A stretch of 63,987 nt of DNA, counting the filler. It is 7 parts of 7 records of this genome, joined end to end, with 100 filler letters (N's around TTAATTAATTAA, not from the genome) between each part and the next. Parts side by side here need not be neighbours in the genome. Positions count along the whole stretch, not along the records: positions 30,269 to 39,718 come from SRR31147125_87293; positions 39,819 to 47,791 come from SRR31147125_87347; 5 more parts are not named here. One strand, 5' to 3'. Below, in pieces: positions 30,565-41,510 of the stretch. The notes under the pieces are model-generated. The model saw only the letters and a program-made list of their open reading frames with translations. It searched no databases and was not told where the DNA came from. The translations under genes were made by a program, and so were the position numbers. Within the stretch, counting starts at the first letter, position 1. Each line of letters starts with the position of its first letter.

Positions 30565-32043
30565 ATGCATGCCACTCAATCCGGGGTTTCTCCATTCTCC
30601 ATTCCCAATGTTCGTCTTTTCATTGCATTCAAAGTATTTTTCAACGCCAGATTCTATTACCCCATTTTCACCATTTTGTTTCTGGACTTCGGCCTGACCA
30701 TTGCCCAGTTTTCTTTGCTAAATGCGGTGTGGGCCGCCACCATTGTGCTTGCGGAGGTGCCATCGGGGGCACTGGCCGATATCACCGGACGAAAGCCGCT
30801 GCTGATATTTGCCACCACCCTCATGGTGATTGAAATTGCCATCATCTCATTTGCCCCGACAACCAACGTCACACTAACTTTTATGCTGTTTTTAATCAAC
30901 CGAATACTCAGCGGTCTTGCCGAAGCTGCCGCCAGTGGCGCTGATGAAGCCATTGCTTACGATTCCCTCAAAGCAGCAGGCTATCCCGAGTTGTGGGGTC
31001 GGGTGCTTGAAGTCCTGATGCGATTTCAATCCATTGGATTTATCGTTGCCATGACCATTGGTGCAGCGGTCTACGATCCCGATCTGATGACCCGGCTTGC
31101 CCATTTTTTCGGATTGGATCTTCAACTCACCCAGGAAACGACCATGCGCTTTCCCCTTTACCTGACCCTATTGCTGTCAATTTTTGCCTTGATGAGTACC
31201 TTGGGCTTAAAGGAAACGTCTCCCCATCAAAAGCATGGGACAAATGAGATCCTTAACGGTAAACAGCCGTTCCCATTAAATCTATTTCAACAAATCGGAA
31301 AGATCAAGCAGACTTTTGCAATGACCTTTAAGGCGGGAAAATGGATTTTGGATACCCCGTTTGTCCTCTTTGTCATTCTCTTCGGCATGCTGTTCGACGG
31401 ACTGATCCGAATGGTGATCACTCTCAACAGCCAATATTATCGCCTCATCGATCTACCGGAATCTGTTTTCGGCATCATCGGAGCCGGGGTTTCCACCCTG
31501 GGACTCGTCGTCCCGCGGATGGCACGACTCATTGCTGAAAACAAACGCCCATCCCACGGATTGTGGCTGACGTCCTTTCTTACAATGACCGGTCTGTGGG
31601 GGATGAGCTGTTTTTGGCCCTATTGGGGACTCTTGCCCGCGCTGGTGACATTCAGCGCCATGTATTTTACCGGGTTCTTCGTCAGTTTCCATGTCAACCG
31701 GGTCACCTCATCGGAACAGCGTGCCACGGTGCTCAGCTTCAAAGGGCTTCTCTACAATATATCCTATGGGGTATTGGGCGTATTTTATGCCATACTGCTG
31801 AAGATACAAAAAACCGCTCTCATGACAAACTATGGTGGAAACGGCGGCGTGAAGGATTACGGCATCACAGATCCAGCCTCTACATTTGGTAGCCCTCATC
31901 TCACACCTGAAGCATTGGACAATGCCGTATTCATGGCCTCTTTCGGCTGGTTTGTCTGGGCTTTTCCCATCGGATTGATGATCATTCTGGCTTTCTATCG
32001 ATTTGGAAAAGTTGGGAAAAAGGCTGTAAATCCAACCGGGTGA
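30565..32043 (+). CDS. MFS transporter
   Basis: EVPSGALADITGRK (motif A), SGADEA, RATVLS, many TM segments. Confidence 0.9.
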   Translation: MHATQSGVSPFSIPNVRLFIAFKVFFNARFYYPIFTILFLDFGLTIAQFSLLNAVWAATIVLAEVPSGALADITGRKPLLIFATTLMVIEIAIISFAPTTNVTLTFMLFLINRILSGLAEAAASGADEAIAYDSLKAAGYPELWGRVLEVLMRFQSIGFIVAMTIGAAVYDPDLMTRLAHFFGLDLQLTQETTMRFPLYLTLLLSIFALMSTLGLKETSPHQKHGTNEILNGKQPFPLNLFQQIGKIKQTFAMTFKAGKWILDTPFVLFVILFGMLFDGLIRMVITLNSQYYRLIDLPESVFGIIGAGVSTLGLVVPRMARLIAENKRPSHGLWLTSFLTMTGLWGMSCFWPYWGLLPALVTFSAMYFTGFFVSFHVNRVTSSEQRATVLSFKGLLYNISYGVLGVFYAILLKIQKTALMTNYGGNGGVKDYGITDPASTFGSPHLTPEALDNAVFMASFGWFVWAFPIGLMIILAFYRFGKVGKKAVNPTG

Positions 32044-32222
32044 TGACTAAGACTTCAAAAGATGTCCAATACCAATAAGCGCCTGAATTTTTAAACCGTC
32101 TCAAAGACTGCTCTCTTCCGTTGGAAAGGGAAAAGCATTGACAATCGGTCCATTCATTGACTATAGCTCTTGCATGGATCAACGGTTTCACTCTTTACTT
32201 TTTTCATGATCAGGATCGAGCT

Positions 32223-34340
32223 ATGACCAGAGTCATCACAGTTACCAGCGGCAAAGGCGGTGTGGGAAAAACCAACATCAGTGCCAATCTGGCCATTCAT
32301 CTGGCCGCCCTCGGATATCGCACCTGTCTGTTTGATGCGGACTTAGGTCTTGCAAACATCAACATCCTTCTCAAAATCTATCCGGAGCATAACCTCAAGG
32401 ATGTGATTCTACACGGCAAAGAGATTCAGGATATCCTCATCGAGCCGTTTCCCAATATGGATATCATTCCGGGCAGCTCCGGTGTGGAGGAGATGGCCAC
32501 TCTCGATCCGGATCAGATCGTCAATCTCGTTACGGAGTTCTCGAAACTCGATACCTACGACTATTTTATCATCGATACGGCTGCGGGGATCTCAAGGGAT
32601 GTCATCTCATTTTCCCTTGCCGCTTCCGAGCTGATCTTGGTTATCACCCCCGATCCCACCTCCCTGACCGATGCATACTCCCTATTGAAAGTTCTTAAGC
32701 TCAACGGATTCAATGAGCAGGCCATGGTCATCATCAACCAGTCCCCGGGACTTCAAAGCGCTAAAAACGCATTGGGTAAACTGGCGACGACCTGTACCCG
32801 CTATTTATCTTTGAAGCTGATTCCCATCGGAGTGCTGGGGCGGGATCAAAATGTGGTGTCCGCCGTTGCCAAACAAAAGCCCTTCATCACCCTCTATCCC
32901 AATACGTCAGCCTCCAAAAGCATCAGGAAAATAGCTGAAAACCTGATTAAAAAGGAGACCCCCGGAGATCTCACGTTGGAGATGGAGAGCTTCTGGGAAA
33001 AATGCCTTGCATTTTTCAGCAAAAAACTTCGTACCTCCGCCAAAGCCGTCGAAGAGGAAAATGAAACAACCACCGTACCCGGTGCTGAAGACACTTCCGG
33101 CCAGCCGCTGCCGCCTCCGCCCCCTGTGGAAGAAGATGGGCTCGCCCCGTCAGCCGTCTCTTCCCACTCCATGGATTCACACTCCAAACCTGTTTCCAGT
33201 CCGGCGGCTGCGTCATTCACATCCTCCATAACTTCTGCCGCCACCGCTTCGAATCCGCTTTCCGGTGCGCCATCAACCCCATCGGAGGCTGTTGAGACTC
33301 CCAAGAATCCCAACCTATCATCTACCGACACCACGATCCCGGCCCCCCCCCCGTCCAATCCGTCATCCCCCCTCGCATTGGATCTTCCTGAAACTACCCA
33401 GATGATTCTCCAGACCAATCAACTGCTCAATCAAGTGGTGGAAAGCATTGCATCGGTGGCAACGGAGCTGAAGGAAATTCGGGAGCTTTTTGCCAAAAGC
33501 CGGGTAGAGGGACCAGACAAAGAGCCCTCATCTCCAGTTGAAAACCAAACCAGTGATGCCGATAAGGACGACAATCATCTGACCCGTCTTTTGAGTGATT
33601 ATGCCATGTTCCAGTCTTTGGAAGATCGGGAGATCAACGCCATTGTCAAGCATCTGAAGCTCAGGGAAGCCCAACCTGATGAAATCATCATCCAAAAAGG
33701 GGATCCCGGAAAAAATCTCTACATTATGGTATCGGGTCGAGTGGATGTTCTGGATGAGCAGGGGACAATTCTAGACAGCATGGCGGGGGAAGATGTGTTT
33801 GGTGAGATGAGCCTCATCAGCGGGGATCCGGTCAATGCCACCATCAAAGTAAAAGAGGCGGCCCAACTGCTGTACCTTAATGGGAAGGAGTTCATCCGTC
33901 TGCTCCGGACCTACCCCGCCCTTCAGATGTATTTTGCACGGCTGTTAAGTAAGCGGCTAAGCAACCGCCTCCAGAAAGCGGACACGAAAACCAACGAATA
34001 TCTGAAATCCGGACTTTCCGGCTCATTGACGGAAACCACCATACCGGAATTACTACAAATGCTGAATATGGGGCTGAAAACCGGGCAATTGACCTTCCAC
34101 TTTATTTCAGGCCCTGCCGGTCTCTCATTTCAGGATGGTGAGTTGATTGCGGCACGGTTTGGTGATGAAACCGATCTTGACGCCTTTTTCAAAATTTTAG
34201 AAGAAAACAAAGGCCGGTTCACCTATACATCTGAACTCCCCCGGGAAGATGAAGGAAAAGCGCCTTTGGGTCACTTCATGAGACTATTAATGGAAGGGAT
34301 CAGTCGAATTGACGAAAAAAAAGAAGATGCGACGCCATAG
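32223..34340 (+). CDS. Fusion protein: FlhG/MinD ATPase, Pro/Ser-rich linker, cNMP-binding domain, DUF4388 (PatA_N)
   Basis: SGKGGVGKT, DADLGLAN, DTAAG, DPTSLTDAY; IIQKGDPG.NLYIM.SG.V..FGEMSL; GLSGSL....PELLQML..KTG.L..G.F..LLMEG..RIDE. Confidence 0.88.
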   Translation: MTRVITVTSGKGGVGKTNISANLAIHLAALGYRTCLFDADLGLANINILLKIYPEHNLKDVILHGKEIQDILIEPFPNMDIIPGSSGVEEMATLDPDQIVNLVTEFSKLDTYDYFIIDTAAGISRDVISFSLAASELILVITPDPTSLTDAYSLLKVLKLNGFNEQAMVIINQSPGLQSAKNALGKLATTCTRYLSLKLIPIGVLGRDQNVVSAVAKQKPFITLYPNTSASKSIRKIAENLIKKETPGDLTLEMESFWEKCLAFFSKKLRTSAKAVEEENETTTVPGAEDTSGQPLPPPPPVEEDGLAPSAVSSHSMDSHSKPVSSPAAASFTSSITSAATASNPLSGAPSTPSEAVETPKNPNLSSTDTTIPAPPPSNPSSPLALDLPETTQMILQTNQLLNQVVESIASVATELKEIRELFAKSRVEGPDKEPSSPVENQTSDADKDDNHLTRLLSDYAMFQSLEDREINAIVKHLKLREAQPDEIIIQKGDPGKNLYIMVSGRVDVLDEQGTILDSMAGEDVFGEMSLISGDPVNATIKVKEAAQLLYLNGKEFIRLLRTYPALQMYFARLLSKRLSNRLQKADTKTNEYLKSGLSGSLTETTIPELLQMLNMGLKTGQLTFHFISGPAGLSFQDGELIAARFGDETDLDAFFKILEENKGRFTYTSELPREDEGKAPLGHFMRLLMEGISRIDEKKEDATP

Positions 34341-34445
34341 CGCTTCTTCCGTCACAGTCACAGTAGAAGAGAACATACATCACACCAGCGAAGAGACTCA
34401 ATGCTCTAAATTACCCCGCAAAGAATATGAACTCATAAACAGAGG

Positions 34446-36182
34446 CTAGGTTCGACTCTTTTGAATAGCCATGGTGGTCAAGATTTTCAGTTGATGCATG
34501 AACTGTTTGACTTCATTGGAAAACAGATGAGTATCTTTTGACTCCCAATCCACATAAATCATGCCCACTTTCTTTTGTTTGATCACCAAGGGATAAATGG
34601 AAAGCGATGTGGCAAACCCCCCGCTCAGATACCACTGGGGTACCTCTGAAACAACATCCTTATGACCGACATCTTCAACAATGATATCCACTCCGGTGTT
34701 TAACGCCTTATTGAAGAGATCACCGCTGGTTTCATCCACCTGAAATCCGAACTTGGCACCAAAGCGACTCAACTCATCGCCTAACACAAACCGCGCCGCC
34801 ATTTTTCCGCTTTGCTTATTAACAATGCAGATCGATATTTTGGAGAAAAAGAAGCCTTTATAAATAGTGGAAACAATGGCGTGGAGGGCCTCACTCACTT
34901 TAAATGGACCTTCGAGAAGTTTTTCAATCTCAAACAGCTGATTTTTTACCCATTGATTACGCTCTTTCTTCTTTGCTTCTGTAATTTCGTGTGGCCGGCT
35001 TTCAATTGCCCGTGGCGCCTTCACTTCTTGAGGACTTCCGGGCATGTTTTTGGAAGAGACGTCCAGATATCCATTGCTACTTTCCGGGACGCCAACAAGA
35101 TCTTCAGGCGCAACAACACTTTGACGATCGAATCGACTTTTCGACAACTTGATCTTCAATATTTTTGAATGCTTCTCTATCCGATCCATTGATCGCAGAA
35201 GCAACTCATCGGCCTTTTTGACACCCAGCTCTAAAAAGTCGCCATACTGTCTGATAATTTTCTCAACGCGGCTGCTTCGATAGGACTCATCGAGTCGCCA
35301 GTCAATGCTGCACATCTCGTTGGTAAAGGAGGCAACCAGACATTTTAACTCATCCGAAGTCAACTCTCCCGGCGACTTTTTAAAATCTTTAAATGGCTTG
35401 ATGGATTTCACCACCGCCGGTGGAAATCCCCACTTACTGACAACCCCTTGGCCGATCTGCCCAAAGGAAGCACCCAATAGTTTTTTCGAGGCCGCTTCCA
35501 AGCCGATTCTTTTTGATTCCGAGAAATTGTAAATCCCATGATAGGCTTCGGGATCACAAAAGAGGATAATCTGCTCACCAATATCATACAACATGGCCAC
35601 CAGCTGAAATTCATCTCTCTCTTCATACTTGGCCGTTTCTGCCACATCCTTTGCCATCATTCCCCGCATGAGGCTTGCCAGGGATTTTTCCTTCATCATC
35701 TCACTTTTGGCAATATCCTGCATGAATTCAAACAGCAGTAGTGTGGACGCGGCCTGCTGTACTTCTTCCGTCCCCAAGATCACCATGGCTTCGGAGATGC
35801 TCGTAATGCCCTTTTGGCTAAACGATCCATAGTATGAAGAATTGACAATGGAGAGCACCTTTGCAGACAGTGCCACATCTTTCAATATCACCGAAGCGAT
35901 ATCTTTGGTGGAGGCGTATTTCATCCGAATCATCCGATTGATCTCTTCAATCTGGGCCGTAAAGGTGTGCAGGAAATTTCCGGATTTCATTTTTTTGTCG
36001 AGATCTTCCAGAATGGTGGAAAGGCGAATGATCTGCCCCTCTTTCGGAGTTGTGAGACTGCTTTTGCTTTCCGGTTCCGTCTCTATACGCAACTCTGGGA
36101 TATCGGGCAATTCAATGCGATCCAACTCAATACCGGAGTCTCCCCGGCTATGATCCGCTCTCTCTTTTCCCTTTGCGTTCAA
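34446..36182 (-). CDS. HDOD-domain signalling protein with C-terminal GAF-like domain
   Basis: ILKDVALSAKVLSIVNSSYY..ISEAMVILG, MLYDIG, KWGFP; C-terminal IYPLVI..VGMIYVD. Confidence 0.85.
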   Translation of the reverse strand: MNAKGKERADHSRGDSGIELDRIELPDIPELRIETEPESKSSLTTPKEGQIIRLSTILEDLDKKMKSGNFLHTFTAQIEEINRMIRMKYASTKDIASVILKDVALSAKVLSIVNSSYYGSFSQKGITSISEAMVILGTEEVQQAASTLLLFEFMQDIAKSEMMKEKSLASLMRGMMAKDVAETAKYEERDEFQLVAMLYDIGEQIILFCDPEAYHGIYNFSESKRIGLEAASKKLLGASFGQIGQGVVSKWGFPPAVVKSIKPFKDFKKSPGELTSDELKCLVASFTNEMCSIDWRLDESYRSSRVEKIIRQYGDFLELGVKKADELLLRSMDRIEKHSKILKIKLSKSRFDRQSVVAPEDLVGVPESSNGYLDVSSKNMPGSPQEVKAPRAIESRPHEITEAKKKERNQWVKNQLFEIEKLLEGPFKVSEALHAIVSTIYKGFFFSKISICIVNKQSGKMAARFVLGDELSRFGAKFGFQVDETSGDLFNKALNTGVDIIVEDVGHKDVVSEVPQWYLSGGFATSLSIYPLVIKQKKVGMIYVDWESKDTHLFSNEVKQFMHQLKILTTMAIQKSRT

Positions 36183-36345
36183 ACGATTTGCCTCACCCTC
36201 ACGATACTATCACCCACCATTTCACACTATCACCCATCCCATTATCTTTTGATTGATTTTGTCACCACCGGTTTGATTGAATTCTTTAGCATTTTTTCCC
36301 CTATTGCATCAATCTTCCAATTCATCTTCGTCAAATAGGCTTCAA

Positions 36346-36374
36346 TTGACATCATCCCCAGAATACCATACCAT
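36346..36374 (+). promoter_or_regulatory. sigma70 promoter of the adenylate cyclase operon
   Basis: TTGACA-N17-TACCAT about 30 bp before the ORF. Confidence 0.55.
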
Positions 36375-36401
36375 GCCATCAATGAATAAAAGCCGGAGAT
36401 A

Positions 36402-38569
36402 ATGCGAGTTTGCGATATGGAACAAATTAAAGCCGCCATTGAAACCAACAAAAAAGAATTCATGCTTCACAATATTGTCCGGCTGCGTGAAATGATCCGT
36501 TATCTCCCCCAGAAGAAACTGGAACTATTCAGGGAAATTCCCTTTTTACTCCACATTAATTCACCGAAATTTCCCGCCTATGTCAAGTCTGTGGGAAACA
36601 TTTTCGGCGTCTGGAATTTTCAGAATTCCGGTTTTGCCAAAGATCTTTGCAATAAAAATCCTGAAGCTGCCCAATTACTCGAGCAATCCACCAATGACCC
36701 TGCTGTGCAAGGGTTGTATCATATTGGAAGCCTGGGCACCTTTACCCAGTCGGCAAAGTCGGATTTCGATTTCTGGATCATTATAGACAATTCCCGGTTT
36801 GATGCCCCCCGTTTGAAAGCACTCCATGAAAAACTGAACTTGATCATTGTCCACAGCCGCAAGCAGTATGACCAGGAAGTCTCTTTCTTTGTCCATGATG
36901 CGGCCAACCTCATGGAAAATCAATTTGATGAAGGGGATGAGGATGAGTTGATCACTGTACCGCGGATGCTCATCAAAGAGGAATTTTACCGCACATTTAT
37001 CATGGTGGCCGGTAAAATTCCGCTATGGGCAATTCTTCCTTTGAAACAAAAGGAAGAAGAGGCAAGAGAGTGGCGTCAAGCCGCTTTGGCCAATGGCGAA
37101 TTCATCGATCTGGGCACCTTGAATCGGCTACCGGTGGAAGAAATCCAACGGGGACTATTGTGGCAAATCTGCAAAGCCCACTATGATCCCGTAAAATCGG
37201 TCATTAAAGCCACTGTAACGGCCAGTTATCTCTCCGATCTCATCCATTCGGCATCGTCCAATTCAGCCGAAAGTAACGGCAAGTTACTTTGCGATTCCGT
37301 CAAGGCACACTTTTCCCAATCCATCATCGATGACTATGCGGCAGATCCATATATCCTTGCCTTTGAACGGGCCCTTCAGTTTTGTGACGCCCTAAATGAT
37401 CCCGGAAGTGTATCGCAGATTAAAGTGGCTATCTTTTTTCGACTGTGCGGGTTTCCCCTTGTGATCCTGCCCCCCCAATCATCTCCCAAACGAATGATCT
37501 TGGATCGCTACATTCGGCAATGGCAGCTGAGCAACAAACGCTTAAAAAAACTGCTTGCCTATCAAAGCTGGCCGGAATCTGAAAAAAATCTCTTTGAAAG
37601 CACAATGATCAAAAGACTCTCCGCCCTGTATCGACTCTCCCTGACCGCGTCAAAGAAAAGCAATGGTATAAATAAAGCAATGGATCATCCTGTTGGAGAA
37701 CTGGGAAAAACCGATGGGCACGTTAGAAGCGATAGAGGCGATACCGTTTCAAAGAAGCACAACTCACATCCGGATGCCGACGCTGAATACACGATTTTAC
37801 AAAACAAAGCACGAAAAATCATGGAAATCAAAAAAGGACGAATTCCGACAAGTTCCATTTTTCTTCGGCTAAAACCCCATCCAAAGCTGATCCTTGTCTC
37901 CCGAAAGGATCAAAAGAGCGTCCAGCAAGAAAAAATGAATTGGTTGCTCTTCTCCCAACAAAGCAAATCATCGGCAAAGCCGACACTGTTATACGCTTCC
38001 AGATATGTCACCCAAGTTATTGGTTGGGCGATCTCCAACCATATTTATGTACGAGGGACATCGACGCTTACCATTCGCTCATCGCTTCAACTCAGTACCA
38101 GTTTCAGCAAAATCACTGATATCGATGAAATGTATCTCAACATTGAACCATGGCTGCCTCTCTCCGATGCTCCTTTTGCCTCCCCCCCCATTGGGAAAAG
38201 ATTGTGGTTATGCTGCCGATATCCGATTCCCCTTCCGAAACCAGGAAAAATAAGGGCATCGTTCCCATGCCCCACTCCGTAGAGATTCTTGCAAGGAATT
38301 CCTGGGGAGAAATTTTCTTTGATATAATGTCTTTTGATGGGGTGAATGATCCGGATGAGCTGTTTCAACAAGTCGCCCGGAAAATTATCGATTACCATGA
38401 CCCTTCCCGGAAAGAGCCGTCCTACTCGATATTCCAATTTGCATCAAGGCCCCATCCGGAGGCCATCCGAAAAATCAAAACCATCGTTGAAGATACCAAG
38501 CTAATCCGAAAAGCCGATGGACCGACATTAAGTAACACGTCCAGGAGACCTTATCTTGACCGCATCTAA
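36402..38569 (+). CDS. cyaA: Class I adenylate cyclase; frameshift at C8 (38182-38189)
   Basis: IPFLLHIN.P, GLYHIGSLGTFTQSAKSDFDFW (class I GS..SDxD signature), KEEFYRT..AGKIPLW, LWQICK..P.KSV.K, DPY; C-terminal RNSWGE in the second ORF. Confidence 0.85.
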
Positions 38570-39587
38570 ATCCAAGTCATCCCCCTTTACCGTATTGATT
38601 GTCAACGGCCAGCCTAAAACATTAGCCGGCTTGACCAAAGCCATGCATAAGCTTGGGTTTCCCAGCACCATCTCAGTGCAGACCGATGAAAAAGCGGTGC
38701 TGGCCACCAGTAAGAAGAGCATCAGCTGCATTATCAGCGCCTATGAAATGCCGCAAATCAACGGGCTGAGTTTTCTACGAATGATTCGAAAAAAGAAAGA
38801 TCATTTAGAGACCCCCTTTTTTCTCACAGACCCCGCCTTTACCACATTGAAGGTACTGAAGGCCGGGCAAGCAGGCGTTAGCGGCCTTCTCGTCATGCCG
38901 TGCACCTTAGCCACCTTAAAAAAAAAGATCACCGGGACTTTGGAAGAGAGCCGAGCGGAAGTGGTGGTTCACTCTGAAAAACGAGTCGATGAAGGATCGA
39001 ATCTAATCAATGAAGGCAAGTTCAGTGAAGCCATCGATACCTTTCAAAGTGTTGTCAATCAAAAGGAGAATCCTGAATATTACTACAATATCGGTTATCT
39101 AAAGAGCATTCAGGGAAAATATTCCGAAGCCATTGTCGCATTCAGAAAAGCAACGCAGTTGGATGGGCTGTTTGCAAAAGCTTATGAAGAAATGGGCAGG
39201 GCATACCGGGCTCTTGGGCAACACGATAAAGCGGACGAGTGCATGGGGTATGCCGCTCAGATTCACCTTGAACGGGATGATGACGGTCATGCAGAGGAGA
39301 TACTGAAGGAAATTATGACGCTGGGGTCGGACTCTCTCAATGTGTTTAACTCACTGGGAGTGATTTATCGAAAACGAGGGGATCATGAAACTGCTTTGAA
39401 GCATTATACCAAAGCATTAAAAGTTCATCCTGACGAACCCAATATTTACTACAATATCGGTCGCATTCATCTTGATATGAAAGATATGGAAAAAGCCCGA
39501 GAGCTGTTTCAACAAGCCGTAGATGTCGATAGTAGTTTTACCGAAGCCAAACAGGTCATTAAAGCCATTGATTTGGGAGTGATATAG
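38556..39587 (+). CDS. Pseudo-receiver domain plus TPR protein
   Basis: Receiver pattern with VLIVNG (normally VDD) and IISAYEMP (normally D); TPRs (YYNIG, FNSLGVIYR, YYNIGR). Confidence 0.85.
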   Translation: MTASKSKSSPFTVLIVNGQPKTLAGLTKAMHKLGFPSTISVQTDEKAVLATSKKSISCIISAYEMPQINGLSFLRMIRKKKDHLETPFFLTDPAFTTLKVLKAGQAGVSGLLVMPCTLATLKKKITGTLEESRAEVVVHSEKRVDEGSNLINEGKFSEAIDTFQSVVNQKENPEYYYNIGYLKSIQGKYSEAIVAFRKATQLDGLFAKAYEEMGRAYRALGQHDKADECMGYAAQIHLERDDDGHAEEILKEIMTLGSDSLNVFNSLGVIYRKRGDHETALKHYTKALKVHPDEPNIYYNIGRIHLDMKDMEKARELFQQAVDVDSSFTEAKQVIKAIDLGVI

Positions 39588-39646
39588 GCTATCCCCATCA
39601 ATCAGCCGTAGAAATCATTGCCGAAGAGGTCTTCTCCCGTTTCTCC

Positions 39647-39691
39647 AAAACAAAAAGCCTCGATCATTGAAGTAAAAACAACGATCAAGGC
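39647..39691 (-). terminator. Intrinsic terminator on the minus strand
   Basis: Minus strand GCCTTGATCGTTG-N9-CAATGATCGAGGC (13 bp with two G-U) then TTTTTGTTTT. Confidence 0.75.
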
Positions 39692-39708
39692 GATATATAA
39701 AAGATAAT

Positions 39709-39718
39709 CCGGCGACGT
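39709..39718 (-). rRNA. Probable last ~10 nt of a 5S rRNA gene cut by the contig end
   Basis: Minus strand ACGTCGCCGG resembles 5S 3' ends and is followed by a strong terminator; only 10 nt visible. Confidence 0.4.
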
Positions 39719-39818
39719 NNNNNNNNNNNNNNNNNNNNNNNNNNNNNNNNNNNNNNNNNNNNTTAATTAATTAANNNNNNNNNNNNNNNNNNNNNNNNNN
39801 NNNNNNNNNNNNNNNNNN
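39719..39818. other. Artificial contig spacer
   Basis: N run with TTAATTAATTAA. Confidence 0.99.
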
Positions 39819-40342
39819 GCCCGCGCCGCGTTTTGCCAGGTAAAATAGCAGAATTGACGCACGAGTTAAAGCACATTACCAAAATTGGTGTTTTTGTGAA
39901 TTCCGGTATTCAGGAAATAAATGAAATAAGAACAAGGTGTCAACTGGATGTTATACAATTACACGGCAACGAATCAACCGGGTTTTGTAGAACTTTGGGA
40001 GGTATGATAATCAAGGCCTTCCGTCCTAAAGACGAGCAAGATGTAACAGAGATATCGGAATATTCCAATGTATGGAAAATTCTTGTTGATACATATGTTC
40101 CGGGACAGGCAGGTGGTACGGGACAACGAATGCAAACAAACATTCTTGAAAAAATAACAGATTTCTCTAACATTATCCTGGCCGGCGGTCTGGCCCCGGA
40201 CAATGTACAACCCATAATCAATCGTTATCATCCATTTGGTATAGATGTCAACTCGGGAGTGGAAACCAGTCCTGGTGTTAAAGATCACAACAAAATGGAC
40301 CAACTATTTACTAGTTTGAAAAATGAGGCACGTAATGCGTAA
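39819..40342 (+). CDS. trpF: Phosphoribosylanthranilate isomerase, 5'-truncated
   Basis: IGVFVN, IQLHGNE, GGTG, ILAGGL, DVNSGVE..PGVKD. Confidence 0.95.
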
Positions 40343-41501
40343 AAAAGGATATTTTGGAATTTTCGGCGGTCAGTATGTACCGGAATTACTCATGCCAGCT
40401 CTTATCGAACTTGAAGAGGCCTATCAGCACTATTCTCAGGAAAATCAATTTCAGTCAGAATTGAATGAACTGTTAAAAAATTATTCTGGTCGCCCCACTC
40501 CTATCTATTACGCAAAAAATTTAAGCAACAAGATAGGTGGCGCTAAAATATTATTCAAGAGAGAAGATTTAAACCACACCGGTTCTCACAAGCTCAACAA
40601 TTGTCTCGGCCAGGCACTTTTAGCAAAAAAAATGAATAAAAAGAACATCATTGCTGAAACAGGTGCTGGTCAACATGGTGTTGCCACAGCAACGGTTTGT
40701 GCACTATTAGGAATCAATTGCAAGATTTACATGGGAGCTGAAGACATAAACAGACAGCAATTGAATGTATATCGAATGAAGATGCTGGGAGCAGAAGTCA
40801 TTCCGGTACATTCTGGTACAGCCACCTTAAAAGATGCAACGAGCGAAGCAATGCGTAATTGGGTATTTGATGTTCAAAACACTCATTTTTTAATAGGCTC
40901 TGTCGTTGGTCCTCATCCATTTCCAACTATTGTTCGGGATTTTCAATCTATTATTGGAAACGAAGCTATCAACCAATTACCCGAGTTTGACATTGACATT
41001 CCCGATTATATAGTTGCATGTGTAGGCGGAGGTAGTAACTCAATTGGAATATTCTATCCCTTTATAAACAAAAATGTAAAACTGATTGGCGTGGAGGCCG
41101 GAGGCATGGGAACCGGCACAGGTCAACATGCTGCCTCCCTTTCCATGGGAGAGGTCGGTGTTTTTCATGGCAAAAAAAGTTATTTTTTGCAGGACAAAGA
41201 CGGGCAAATTATTCCCGCCCATTCTATTTCAGCCGGGCTGGACTATCCTGGTGTGGGGCCGGAACATTCCTATTTAAAAGATAGTGGCCGGGCGCAATAT
41301 GTATCAGTAACAGACGAAGAGGCTGTGCAAGCTTTTATGCAGATGGCAAAAAATGAAGGTATTATTCCAGCCCTGGAAAGCGCACACGCTATCTCATATG
41401 CCCTGGAACTGGCCAGTACACTCACTTCTGAAAAGTCAATCCTTGTAAATCTGTCAGGTCGAGGTGATAAGGATATTAATAGCATGCAAAAAATAAATTG
41501 A
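40335..41501 (+). CDS. trpB: Tryptophan synthase beta chain
   Basis: [48 protein letters not shown]. Confidence 0.98.
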   Translation: MRKKGYFGIFGGQYVPELLMPALIELEEAYQHYSQENQFQSELNELLKNYSGRPTPIYYAKNLSNKIGGAKILFKREDLNHTGSHKLNNCLGQALLAKKMNKKNIIAETGAGQHGVATATVCALLGINCKIYMGAEDINRQQLNVYRMKMLGAEVIPVHSGTATLKDATSEAMRNWVFDVQNTHFLIGSVVGPHPFPTIVRDFQSIIGNEAINQLPEFDIDIPDYIVACVGGGSNSIGIFYPFINKNVKLIGVEAGGMGTGTGQHAASLSMGEVGVFHGKKSYFLQDKDGQIIPAHSISAGLDYPGVGPEHSYLKDSGRAQYVSVTDEEAVQAFMQMAKNEGIIPALESAHAISYALELASTLTSEKSILVNLSGRGDKDINSMQKIN

Positions 41502-41510
41502 GGTTTTAAA

